Source: the human T2T-CHM13v2.0 reference genome, Homo sapiens. From it: 64,000 nt of DNA. The DNA lies in the NCBI RefSeq assembly GCF_009914755.1, contig NC_060927.1. One strand, 5' to 3'. Of this stretch, positions 1-13,094 are shown piece by piece. Under the pieces are notes generated by a model. The model was given only the letters and a program-made list of their open reading frames with translations. It was not told where the DNA came from and searched no databases. Within the stretch, counting starts at the first letter, position 1. Every line of letters begins with the position of its first letter. Made by a program: the position numbers and the translations under genes.

Positions 1-650
1 AGCACTGTTGCTTTTTAATGCAAAATATTAAAGCCTTAATGAAATGGTGCGCACTCATGCACATAGACAATTACTGTGGGAAAATATACAAAAAGAGATA
101 AAAGATTCTCATGCTAGAACAGAGAAATATCCTGGAGTTAGAGGGATTGGAGAAAAATAAAGGAAATATAAACAGTAACATGAGGGTCCCAAAAGGAAGG
201 ACTAAGTTACAAATTATACAAGAAAGTGTACCAGATACACTTGCACCTTGGAGAAAGAAAATGTACAAGATGCAATTGTACCTTGGATATACAAAATGTA
301 CGTGGAAGAGTCAGCATTCAGAATGCTCCTAGTCACTAGCAGCCACTTGAGGAAATCTCATCCGTTACCTACACCTGGGAACTAAATGCTTAGCCACACA
401 GAACCCCTAGCCTACAAGCATTGATCAACAAGCTTACCTGTGCCAAGAATTAAATATAACTTCACTCTCCACTAGCCAAGAGGACTTCCTTAGGCAGCAG
501 CAAGGGTGCTTCCTTTAGACTTTCCAGGAACGGTGAAGCCATTTAATGCTTCTTAGTCCCCACTTGACTAAGAAGGTCTGGCTAGAAAGCTTCCTTCTTA
601 TTTGCCAGAACATGAGAAAGCTCTGTGATGGATAGCAGAACTTTGAATAT

Positions 651-1072
651 CATTAGAGAAAAATCGCACTTGACAGAGTTAAACAGGCAAGGAAGATTTT
701 ATTCAAGACCACTGAAACAGGGTCAAGACTAATGTAATAGGAAAGAGAGCTTGAACTCAACTCAGAATACAACAGGGACAAGTGGAGATTTATAGCCAAT
801 GTGCAGAGTGAAGGAATGGATGGGAAATTACTAAGGAGAACTTGGTTAGGTATTAGGGATAGGGGAAGAGGAACTTGGTTAGGTATCAAGAGTAGGGGAA
901 GAGGAACTTGATTGGGTGTTAAGGGTTGGGGGAAACTCTCTGAATTGACTTAGCAGGATTCTTTGATAAAACTAGGCTCAGCAGGCCAAGAATGGGACCA
1001 AAACAAGGCCTAGTTGAAAAGAGGGCTCAGTGGATTCTAGTTAGTGTTTGGTCAGGGAGAGAGTCCTTGTCA
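651..1072 (-). mobile_element. Solo ERV1 LTR, MER31-like (MER4 group)
   Basis: Minus strand starts TGACAAGGACTCTCTCCCTGACCAAAC, resembling the MER31 5' end. Flanked by 4-bp TSD ATAT (647-650 / 1073-1076). Confidence 0.75.
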
Positions 1073-1469
1073 ATATCTATGGGAAGAAGGTGCTATGGAA
1101 GGAGCATCACCCTTTCTCCCCCCGACCCACTTGGCAACTCCTGTCACTCAATACCCTCACAGCCTTCCTGGCCTCTCTGAATCTATAATTACACTCTTTA
1201 GACTGAAAAACCTGAGAAACAAACTGCCTCAGTAACATTCATTTTTCATGAATTATTTGTGCTACCCAATGATACCATGTCTAGGGCAAAACTCCTTGCC
1301 ACTGGCCTCTACTGTGAAGGAAAATCATCAGGTTAAATATTCTGGAAATTTAAATCTTCCAGCTTATATTTCTTTAGTTTGACAGTTCAGCATTCTGCAT
1401 GATACTTAGAATAGGTGTATATTTATTTAAAATTAACAACTTCTACCCAGTATTTGGTAAATCTAGACC

Positions 1470-1650
1470 AATGGTTCTTATCTCATGGAATTACCTGGGT
1501 TACTTTGTAAATGTATACATTCTCAGACATAGTTCTGGATGAACTGAATAGAATTTATCCAGCATGGCTTGGGGATGGAGTCAGCCTTATGTATTTTTAC
1601 AAAGCTCCCAGTAAATTGTGATGACTATACACATTTTTGAAACAGTAATC
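1470..1650. mobile_element. MER5-like hAT DNA transposon relic
   Basis: CAATGGTTCTT...GAATTACCTGGG...TATTTTTACAAAGCTCCCAGTAAATTGTGATG motifs resemble MER5A. Highly diverged. Confidence 0.5.
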
Positions 1651-1799
1651 TTGAGAAATGTCCTCCAGGGTGGTACTCACACACCAGAGCTCAAAATGAG
1701 AATACTGGATCATCAAAATACATAAATCATAAAGAAATAGATTGTCTTAGAGATTGCTTTGGCGACTACAAAATATTTGTGAAAATTATATAATTTTAG

Positions 1800-2020
1800 T
1801 TTAGCTGTAATTAATAATAATTGAGTGCATTCTATTTGCCAAATTCTATATATGAGCTGGAGTAATCCTTACATTGGCTCTATGATATCACTCTCTTTAC
1901 TTAAAACTGAGGCATTAGAAGTTAAGTAATGTTGTCAAGGTCATGTAGAATGTGACAGTGCCAGAAATAACACTCAAATGCACAAAAGTCACTTCTTCTA
2001 TTATACAATACAGCCTCAAC
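1800..2020 (-). mobile_element. MIR SINE fragment
   Basis: Core-like AAAACTGAGGCATTAGAAGTTAAGTAATGTTGTCAAGGTCATGTAG. Confidence 0.65.
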
Positions 2021-2599
2021 ATTTTTTTTTATCAATTAGAACTTTTATTTTTAATTAGTAGTCACAGTTACCTGAAGAGTTTGGAAGTAAAAGAAAGATA
2101 AAATTTTAAAAAAAATCATCTATATGCTCATTATGTGGTTAATTAATGTTAATATTCTAAAATATTCTTATATCCCTATGTGTATTTTACTTGATATACG
2201 TAGCTTTTATTTGTGATATGAGGTATATGTCTGGAAATATGATGTTCAGCTTAAAAAATATTTGCCATTAGCATTTTCGATTTCACTATGACATCTATAA
2301 AAATTTCACTCTCTATGGTTGCCTAATATTTTATTAGCGCAATGTAATTATTTTTCTGTTTTTGGACTCTAATTGTTTTTGAGTTTTAGCTATTATAAAA
2401 AAACATTGGATACTTCAATTAAGTTCTTACAATAATAACATTTAATAAACATATATATATACACACATATGCACACATATCAATATTTGTGCAAATATCT
2501 TACTCTAGGATATATTCCTGAAAGACTTATTTGTTAAAAAGAGAAAATAATATAACAATTCTAAATACATTGTGTAAAACTCCTTTCTAGAAAGCCATA

Positions 2600-2978
2600 T
2601 GTCTTAGCTTGACCTTCTATAACAAAATACTATTCACTAGGTGGCTTAAGCAACAGAAATTTATTTCTCTCACTTCTGGAAGCTAGGAAGTCTGAGATTA
2701 AGATGTTGGCCAATTTCGTTTTTGGTGAATGCCTTCTTCTTAGCTTGCGAACAGCTACTTTCCTGGAATATTCTCATATGGCAGAAAGAAAGAGAGCTCT
2801 GGTCTCTTCCTCTCCTTATAATAACACTAATCCCATCACGGGGCTCTACCATCATGACCTCATCTACTAAAACTACCTAGCTCCCAGAGGCCTGACCTCC
2901 TAATACCAACACATTAGGGGTTAGGAACCTCTCAACACTTGAAACTTGGAGGGACACAAGAACTCACTTCATAACAAC
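2600..2978 (-). mobile_element. MaLR solo LTR (MLT1A-like)
   Basis: TGTCTTAG...CTATAACAAAATAC...GGTGGCTTAAGCAACAGAAATTTATTTCTC...TTCTGGAAGCTAGGAAGTCTGAGAT is the typical antisense MLT1 LTR end. Confidence 0.8.
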
Positions 2979-3088
2979 CTATAAGCTTACAATAGCAATG
3001 TATGAAGTGATTTTTATTATATTCATTCCTTCATTGAATAGTATCATTTTTCATCTTTGCTAATATGATAAAGAAAGTGATATCTTAA

Positions 3089-3409
<321 letters not shown>

Positions 3410-3499
3410 AGTTAAACATTTTCTATACTTTTTAAAATAAATAGTATGTCTGTATCCTGGGTTTTTCCATAGAATTTTCATCTAACGACAATGACAACA

Positions 3500-3665
3500 G
3501 CGGAAGCTTACATTCTATGGAACATTACTCTTTGCACTATCTGAATGCTTTACATGAGTTACCTAATATGCTCCTAATAAACACTCTTGCTGTCTTCATT
3601 TTATTTATTAGGAAACTGAGGCCCAGAGAGGTGAAGAGAATTGCCCAAGACTGCGCAGCTAGCAT
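3500..3665 (-). mobile_element. MIR SINE fragment
   Basis: AGGAAACTGAGGCCCAGAGAGGTGAAGAGAATTGCCCAAGACTGCGCAGCTAG matches the MIR core. Confidence 0.8.
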
Positions 3666-5579
3666 GTTCTCTCTTTATATCGATGTTGAACAATGCTTTT
3701 TCTATAATAATATGTTTTTGTTTTTGTAGATAACTTCCCAAGGTTGTTATTTATCTTTCAGTTTTATTCATTTTTGTGTAGAAATTAAATGTTTGTATGT
3801 GATCAAATTATCAACTTGTTTAATGATTTCTTTCTTTGTTTCAAAGACTAAATAGTATCTGTTCTATTTTGGAAAATAATATTCGACCATATTTCTAGTT
3901 TTTAAGATACTTGGAATATATTCTATAAATGATATAAGATGGGAACCTAAACTTAGATTATTTTTTCATGATAATCCGTACTTTAAAATTGATTTGTTGA
4001 CCAACACCTTATTTTTCTGTTGCCTTGTGATTTTTGTTTATTATATGCCATATTCATATATGTACACTCTATTATTTTATATTCTCTTCAACACATATCA
4101 CTCTGTTTCAATTATTGTAATATTGTAAAGCTTTTAAATACTGGTTAAAATGATGTCTAGAATTCTGATCAATGTTCAATCTGGGAGAATATTTTCTCAA
4201 AAAAGGAATAAAGAAGAAAATGAAATTATAAGATCCACACAAAAAATCAGAGGTCAGTAAAGTGAAATCTATGAGGTTGTAGTGCCATACTAGGTAATGA
4301 TATTGGAGTGAAACACAGTATAAATCTACAGATAATATTATCGTGTACTGTTGTATGTTATGCACCTGAACATAACTTTCAGTGCTCTAATATCTTTTCT
4401 GGTCTGAATATTATAATTTTAGGGTTTCATTGGCCAATAAAAGATGGCTTTGGATAAAATGCATATCAGAACTCATTAGAATTGCCTTTCCAATTTTTGA
4501 TTACTACATCCTTCCTTACTCAGATTTTTCTAGCATTTGAAATTTTCATCATTTTCCAATACTTTAGTTTTGGACATTGATACATTCCCTCCACAAAAAT
4601 GATATACTACCTTTTTGCACTCCCTCTGTTATAAAAGAGTCACACACCAGAAATTTACTCAAATCTTGGAATATTTTTATCCCCAGTAAATTTTTTATCC
4701 ATATTCAGTAAAAATGACACTGAAAAGGTGCATAGGTTACATGTGTTTTATAACTAAACAATTCAATTAAAATTCACAAAGATTCATTAAGTTTTTACTG
4801 TATGTCTAACATTGTGCTTTAGGCTAAAGATAGAAAAATCCACAAACATAGGCCTGAACAAGAAGAGTTTCTTTCTCTGCTGAATGCTTAAATAGGCCAC
4901 ATAACAATGGTTGTGAAATAATTAAACACAAATGTTCCCCTATGCTGCCACAGGAAAAGCAGATCTTGCTTAAGGAAACATCTCTTCCCAATGGGGAAAT
5001 TTATATGCAACTGAGACACTAATCAGAAAATAAAAAATATCCTTTCTTGCCAAAAACCAATTTTAACTCTAGCATTGATACCCACTCATTATCACAATAC
5101 ACATAATCCAAACATAGAACAGATCATGAAGATGTTGACAACAGGCCATCCAAATACACTAAGTGAATAATAGTGGCGATTTTACAGCTCAGTTGCATTA
5201 AACAAACCTCTGAATAAATCAATGGATAAAGTCAGCACTGAACGTGAACTTATGGCTTAGTAAAAAAATTGAACAAGAACCCTGAAACAATCTCTCATCC
5301 TAAGGCAGAGAGCCTAGGATAGGATGTGTGGGACATAGGAAAAAATGATGGTAAAAGAAACCTTTAGAACTAAGGCAAATCTTTGATGAGTAAGAGCTAG
5401 AAACTCATGGCAGAACCACTTCACTATATAGACTTCAGCATTTGCTACATATTTTCAGTAGCAATAAACAGAGTATGAGTTATCATGAATGCAATAAAAT
5501 GATCTGGTCAAAAGAACTAAGGTAATGAATTGCAAGTAAACCAGATAAAATGGACCCACTTTTTAAAGTATACCAAACT

Positions 5580-5663
5580 CCAGCAACATGCAATTTACCC
5601 ATATAACAAACTGGCACACATACTCCCTAAACCTAAAAAAAGAAGCTGAAAAAGAAAAAAAAA
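5580..5663 (+). mobile_element. Short L1 3'-end fragment (older L1PA/L1PB)
   Basis: ATGCAATTTACCCATATAACAAACTGGCACACATACTCCCTAAACCTAAAA followed by an A-rich tail. Confidence 0.75.
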
Positions 5664-6239
5664 TAGTCAAAGCCTTAATACTCTACCTCAGGGAAATCAG
5701 GTAAGCAGCACCTTTATTCTCCTGGTGCCACCCTAATAAGACTTCTGCTGTGATAGGCCACATATTACATTCCCAGATAAGAAAATCACTGTTTCTCTTA
5801 GGATTTTACTTAAACTTTCTTCATCTGATGTATTGGTAGTGTCAAGTCAAAACACCTAAAATATCATTAAAGAAGACATATTCCACCCTATTTAATACAT
5901 CTCTCTTCTATTTCAGCTAACACTGTTGCCAAAATACTCCTGGAAATTACAACAATAATAGTTTTATCCTCAAGAGGAACCGTAATGTTAAGCCCTCAAT
6001 CAATAGGATGTGTCCTTTAGCATCCCACTTCCTTGGGATAAAAGAAGATTGGGGAAGGGGTTTTGGTTGAGCCATGTCCAGCCTCACATTATTCTTCATT
6101 GCTCTTAACATCCTCAAAGTACCCTATGAGACTATGTCTTAGAACCTGGAGCAAGAAATACACAAGAGCCTCGTGAGGACTGGAACTAGGGACCGAAGAG
6201 TCAGAAATCCACCCAGCTTACTACCCCTAATCTACATAG

Positions 6240-6350
6240 TCTTTCTCTCTCTCTCTTTCCTTCTCTCATTTCTATCTCTTTCTCCACCTCCCTCTCTCTT
6301 TCTCTATCTCTATCTCTGTCTTCCTTCCTTTCCATCTGTGTCCATCTCAT
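6240..6350. repeat. CT-rich low-complexity polypyrimidine tract
   Basis: Degenerate (CT)n/(TCTCTA)n seen directly. Confidence 0.8.
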
Positions 6351-7089
6351 TTTCCATATTAGTCCTTTCTGTTTTATATGTCTATAACACCTCATACACA
6401 TCTCTATAGGGCTTCTCAAGTAAAGCAATCACCTGGGTCTTGTCTAGTTGCTTAAAGTCATATATATTTCCAATACTCGATGGAGAATATGATTGGCCCA
6501 GCTTAGGTAAATTCTCCCTTGTTGATTCAATTAGGTACACTAAAGATGATACTAGAGGTCTGGAAGACAAATATTTTTGTGATAAAGCAGAAACAAAAAG
6601 ATGAGAAAATGAAATAATCGACTTCTTTATATACTGTTGCTGTTGACAGTGTCTGAGTAAAGCCTCTTGAGCAGTCAGGCTATGCAGCCAGGAGGTTGGA
6701 ATAAGAATCTGTAAGTTTTTTTTCCAAATTGGAGATAAAGACATAAAATCCACAGTTATAAAATATTAATAGCAATAGTATTAAAGAATTGATGCATCAC
6801 ATTAAAATTTTTAATGAAATGACTAATTGCACAATGAACCATTGAGCACTTTTCGTATAAAAGGAACTTTATTATCTATGATATGTTACATGTTTTATAT
6901 CACATTACGCTTATTATATATTACATATTCTATAGAATATATATTATATGTAATATAGGCTATATTACATAATACCATATTATATATGTATATGTACACA
7001 CACACATATAAAATATTATATAACATTTAAACTATGAGGTAGGTTCCAATTTATCACCAATAAACAAGAAAACTAAAATCTACTTAATT

Positions 7090-7535
7090 CATTTATTTGT
7101 ATTGTATATATTTAATGTGTATAACATGATGTTTTGATACACATATATGCAATAAAATGATTACCACAGTCAAGCAATTAACATATCCATCACCGCACAT
7201 AGTTACCTTTTTTTGTAGTAAAAGCACCTAAAATCTACTCCCTTAGCTACATTTTAGCATATAATATAATACTATAACTATATTCCTCATGCTGTGCATT
7301 CAGCCTCTAGACTTACTCATCCTACATAACTACAAGTTCGTACCCTTTGACATTCATCTCTCCATTTTTCCCTTCCTGAACCCCTGGTAAGCACTGTTAT
7401 GCTGTTTCTATATATTTGACATTGAAAAAACATTCCATCTGTATGTGAGATCGTGCCGCATTTTTCTTTCTGTTTCTAGCTTATTTCACTCTTAATAGTG
7501 TCCTCCAGGTTCATCTATGTTGTTGCAAATGCCAA
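7090..7535 (-). mobile_element. L1MA 3'-end fragment
   Basis: TTGTATATATTTAATGTGTATAACATGATGTTTTGATAC...ATATCCATCACC...TCCTCCAGGTTCATCTATGTTGTTGCAAATG is an antisense L1MA 3' UTR. Confidence 0.85.
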
Positions 7536-8762
7536 CGCAAATTCTTTGTGAATGCTTCAATTTGAAGATTATAAAGTATCAGCAAATGGAGAAATCAGTG
7601 AAATACCAAATATTGGATCCTAAGTTTCTGTTTCTCTATAGTTAATATTAATTTGATGGATAGAAAATATTCATTTAAATCTGAAATTTTATGGGACATC
7701 TTAACAGAAATCCTACATTATAAATTTTAATATTGGAGGAGTCTTTTAATGCCCTTGAGTTCAGATTCTTGGCATTTCGAAGTGTGGTACATTTTGTAGG
7801 TGTGACTTAATTATAAAGTGAAGTAATATATTTGACTATAGGTCAAAATGGGCCCACAATATTTAAAAAACTATCTGTCTATAAAATACTTAGATTGATG
7901 TTTTCTAAATGTGTTTTAGAATGAATCCCCATACTGCTGTCCTCCAAAAAAAAAAAAAGAAAAAAAATGTAATCTATTCCCTGGATAATGCTTATTAAAA
8001 AGAAATCATAATTTCCTAAACATTTTTATTAACCAACCTACTGACTTAAAAGTTTTCTGACAAAAGAATAGCAATAGATTCCAAGTAACTTTGTACTCAA
8101 AAAGGATATGAAAATTATGCTTGAATCATTCAATTCAATTTATCCTAATTAGTGTAGTTTTGTTTTTTAGATATAAAACAGTTTTTTGATAAATTTCACT
8201 CTCTCTCTTTCTCCCTTTTTCTCCTTTAAGAACCAAGTTTGTGGGACAAGAGTCCAAAGAGTAGTTGGAAAAGCGGGCTCTTTTCTTCGGAATTATTAAC
8301 ATTCTGTGTTTTCACTAGTACATTAATTATTATAGCTGTTCTCTTGTCTATGTAACCAGGCATTCATTACTGGACTAAAAATGGCTGTGGAATTTGCTTC
8401 ATGAAGGACCAGCTGAAGCAGCTGTCCATTAATATCACTATCTAACAAATGATACACTTGGGACATCTGATGGTGAAGAAAAAGGATATTTAAAAAGTCC
8501 GACTTGCTTAATACTATACAGGTAGTAAGTAACAGAGGCAAAACTCCAAAGTAAGTTTGAAAGCAAAGCATAGCTCACTGTTTTATATTAGGAAAACTGT
8601 AAAAATGTGTTCTAAGGTTTTCTTTTTTTAAAATTATTTAAGCTTTTCAACATTTAAAATCTTCAATCAAATACATCTCTTAAATATAAACTCAATTTTA
8701 TTTTATTTATACTATTCTCTGTTTAAACTTTACGTGTATAAATATATACATATAGACACATA

Positions 8763-9236
8763 CAATTGACCCTTATGCAACACAAGTTTGAACAGTATGG
8801 GCTCACTTTTTCAATACAAGTTACCATGATATGCCTGCTTCTCCAGCCTCTCCTTTTACTTCCTTTACCTCTTACATCTCTCCCACCCCTGAGACAGCAA
8901 GACCGACCCTTCCTCTTTCTCCTGCTCCTTAAATCACTCAATGTGAAGACAACAAAGATGAAAAACTTTATGAAAAGTCACTTCAACTTAATGAATAGTA
9001 AATATGTTTTTTCTTCCTTACGATTCTCTTAATAACATTTTCTTTTCTCTAGCTTACTTTATTGTAAGAATATAACATATGAAATGCATGTAAATTGACT
9101 ATGTTATCAGTAAGGCTTCCTGTCAATAGCAGGCTATTAGTACTTACGTTTTGGGAGGAGTTAAAAGTTATACATAGATTTTCAACTGCATGGGATATTG
9201 GTGCCTCTAACCCCCATGATGTTCAAGGGTCAACTG
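8763..9236. mobile_element. Tigger2a-like Tc1/mariner non-autonomous DNA transposon
   Basis: TIRs CAATTGACCCTT... / ...AAGGGTCAACTG with TA TSDs (8761-8762, 9237-9238). Confidence 0.85.
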
Positions 9237-10322
9237 TACATTTATAATATATACATGCCTATGTAAAATGTACATAGAAACACCTAACACACCCACAGAC
9301 ACTGAAAGATTTTTGAATTCACTTTCTATCATTTAAAGAATTTTACCCTAGGCACTACTGTGATTTGTAAGTATATAAATTAGTTTTTTATTTGCATGAG
9401 GATGTTTGTCTTAAGACAACATTCCAAGCTTTCAAAATAAAGGGTCAGTTCGTCTTTTATTCTAAATAAAAATGTGATTCTATTTTTTCAGTTACTGATT
9501 TTGAATGATGATAACATGATTACCAGCTATCAACCAATGGATTCTGGAGTGACTATTGTCGCTTAAAATCCCTTTAGTACTCTCTGAAATGATGTGTCAT
9601 ATTGTTATTTTTGTGTCTGTAAGGCTGTCTTTCAAGTAGATTCTTAAGTCCCTTTTCTCATTGCTCTCTGGAAACTTCAATGGTAACTCATCTGTTGTCT
9701 CAGTTTGTTAATGTCTGGGCATAAGGACAGAAACTAGAAAAGTAAGTAGTTGGTTTACTTTAATAATAGATGTCACAGAAACCAAGGACAGGAAATACAG
9801 CCAGGCCTCATGAAAAAGGCAGCTTAAACTGTAGTCAGTGTAAATGATGTTGAGTGGAGCTTTTTCTGATATTTGGGAATCACAGTTAAGGCTACTTGTA
9901 AGCTAAGCTGACAAGAGGCTCTAAGTACTTTGCTTTCTAAAGAAAATTCCAATAAGCAATGCACAATGGATGCCAGATCTCTCTCTGCAGAGCTTACCAA
10001 ATATCGCTCCACCACTTTCTTTTGGTGAATGAAAATAGTTCTGTGGGCAGATAGAAGAGCCAGAGGATGTTGGCAGTACACTTGGGAAGAGTATACCAAA
10101 AATGGTAAGAGGTTATTCTATATTCCTTCCAGACCACTTGCCCCTTCTCAACCATGGAAAAAGAGAAAGTGAAGTATTCTTACTACTATCAAAGTCAAGT
10201 TTAAGGAACAGCCAAAGATAATCACTAGGAGAGATTGGGCATACTTCTAAGAAACAGAATTGGACATCTTTTTCCCTGGCTGGATGTTTGTCAAACTGCA
10301 GAAATTAAAAGCCCACTATTGA

Positions 10323-10845
<523 letters not shown>

Positions 10846-13094
10846 TTTGTTCTCTTTTACTGACAGTTGGAGAGAGAGAATATCTCAGCAGTTACTGGAT
10901 AATTGATTGAAAGAGAAAGGGAATTAATATAGTGGCAGAAGACATGGGCAGCTACCAGTCAAAGCAATGGGATACCAAATATGAAAAAAAGGGGCAAAAC
11001 TGGACTGCTAGCAGGATCACAGAGGAAAAGAACTACCTCTGTCTGAGGGGATGAGCAACAGCGGCGGGATCTATGATCAAGGTGAAACCCTTTCTAAGAA
11101 AATCACAACTATCATTTTCTCAGGTACATCCAGCATCAGATGGAATCAGACTGAACTAAATATCCAGGGATACTTACCACCAGAGATAATCTTGCCAAGT
11201 TAAGTAGGGACAAATACCTTCACTTTTATGTCTTTTCTCTTGGTCTCATAGCCACCAGAGGAGTAAGAGACTAGAAAGGGTAAATATGAGAGGGGCAAGG
11301 TGGGGAGCAAATACTGTGAATTAGGTATGAGATCTGAGTATTACACTAGGTTGAAGTAAACTTTAACAACCAGTAGTTACCAAAAAGTTATAGAACCTTT
11401 CTAAAGCGAAGGAAAGAAGGAACTAATAGAGCAAATTTGAAAGGAATAATTGAAAAGTAAAACTAATTAATGTTAATAAAATCTATTCTACTTAAAGTCG
11501 ATTTCTACTTCTCTCAAATGTTACTTATCCTTTGCTTCATCCAATCTCAGGTGTGGCACAATCTCCCTCATTCTCTTATTTTCTTTACATCTATCTCTTT
11601 ATCTACATGAGTTTGTCTTGCCTGCACATGACTTAACATGGCCTTTAGGTTATATGGCCCCTGTGCAAGCTGTGATCTCACTATGTATTCCCTAATACAT
11701 ATTTTCAAGAGAAGACATTCAACTTTCTCAACTCATATAGTAGATGGATTCTCCTTAGGTCAATCACTGTTCCAATTAACTGTGGGCTTTTGGTATAGAC
11801 AAGGCAGCAACAGTGGTGAAACTTTTCTGAGAAGGGGACACCAAAGATAGGTAATTTTTGGTGCTTACTCAAGTCAGTTTTCGTTTAGTATTTTGTGGGT
11901 TTTGGTGCCTTTTGGATGAGTCAATTTCTTCTATATGTATCTGCAACTTTCTCACATCACAAAGTGACTCTGGTATTACATCAAGGTGAATCATAATAGA
12001 TCTCTTTACCTACCTATTACTTGTGAACAGAGAAGAAGTTTGTTAAGCAAGCCAGATGTGACATCTGTTCTTGGTCAGTAAGAAGGAATGAAACAAGCAA
12101 GATAATCTTCCTACAAATTACTTGCTCACGATTAAGCAAAGAGCTTCAGGTAAATGAAAAGTGCAATTGCATTAGTAATGTACTTGTTTTTCAAGGTGGA
12201 ATATGAAAAATTATATATAAAGCTGAACATCACATAATTGAAACACTGAACAATGAGGTCAGACAGGCCTGAAACTCCTGTATTGCAAAGTTCTGGATGA
12301 TATCTTACTCACACCATGTCCTTGAGAACAGCTGAGGGTTTGCATTTGATATGCAGCTGAGGAGGAACAGATAAGTGCTGGACAGTGTATTTTCTTGTTA
12401 CTTGGCAACAGTTTCTTTTTCCTCTTAGCAACAGTAGAGAGAAAAGCTTTCTGAAAACTGAAAAGACTACAGAACAGAAAAAGTCAAAGTCTTTCATATA
12501 TCCTCCAGCTGGAGGGCATATTAAAAAGAGCTGAATTTAGGAAAAAATGAAGTATACTTGTTACCCAGTTACAATCTGTTCCTATTGAAATTTAACCCCA
12601 AATTTCAATGTCCTAACCATCTAACTATTTCACCTTTTGTATCACAGTTAAGTATTTAAAAATACAGTCCTCTTGGTCAATTTATATTCATGTCAGTTTC
12701 CCAGCATGTGTGACTCAGACTAAAAAGGAACATATCAGAAAGGCAATAATTTCCAGATAACCTTTTATTATTTGGTTAACCAACCACAGCCTGGATTTCT
12801 CATTTATTTAACATTTAAGAAAGACTGCGGTTGGGTTGGGGAAGCGAAAAAGAGAAAAAGTAAGTGATTGATTTTGGCAGGCTTTTTAACTTGTAAAGAG
12901 ACCTCTAGTCTTCCTCTCTGTGTCTTGGGGAAGGTAAATTTTTTAAAGCATAAAATAGAATTCTATTGTCACTGAGAATTCAGAGTGTGTTACAGCAGCT
13001 TGTGTCATTTAACTAATACATTAGTCTACAAGATAAGCAAAACTTCTTAAAAATAGTTTCAAGTCTCAAATGGACTTGATTGAGGGAAAACAAT

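Noticed and set aside
838-935. 33-35 bp periodic repeats as a CRISPR-like array
   Set aside because: The units are directly adjacent with no unique spacers, there are no cas genes, and the DNA is primate.
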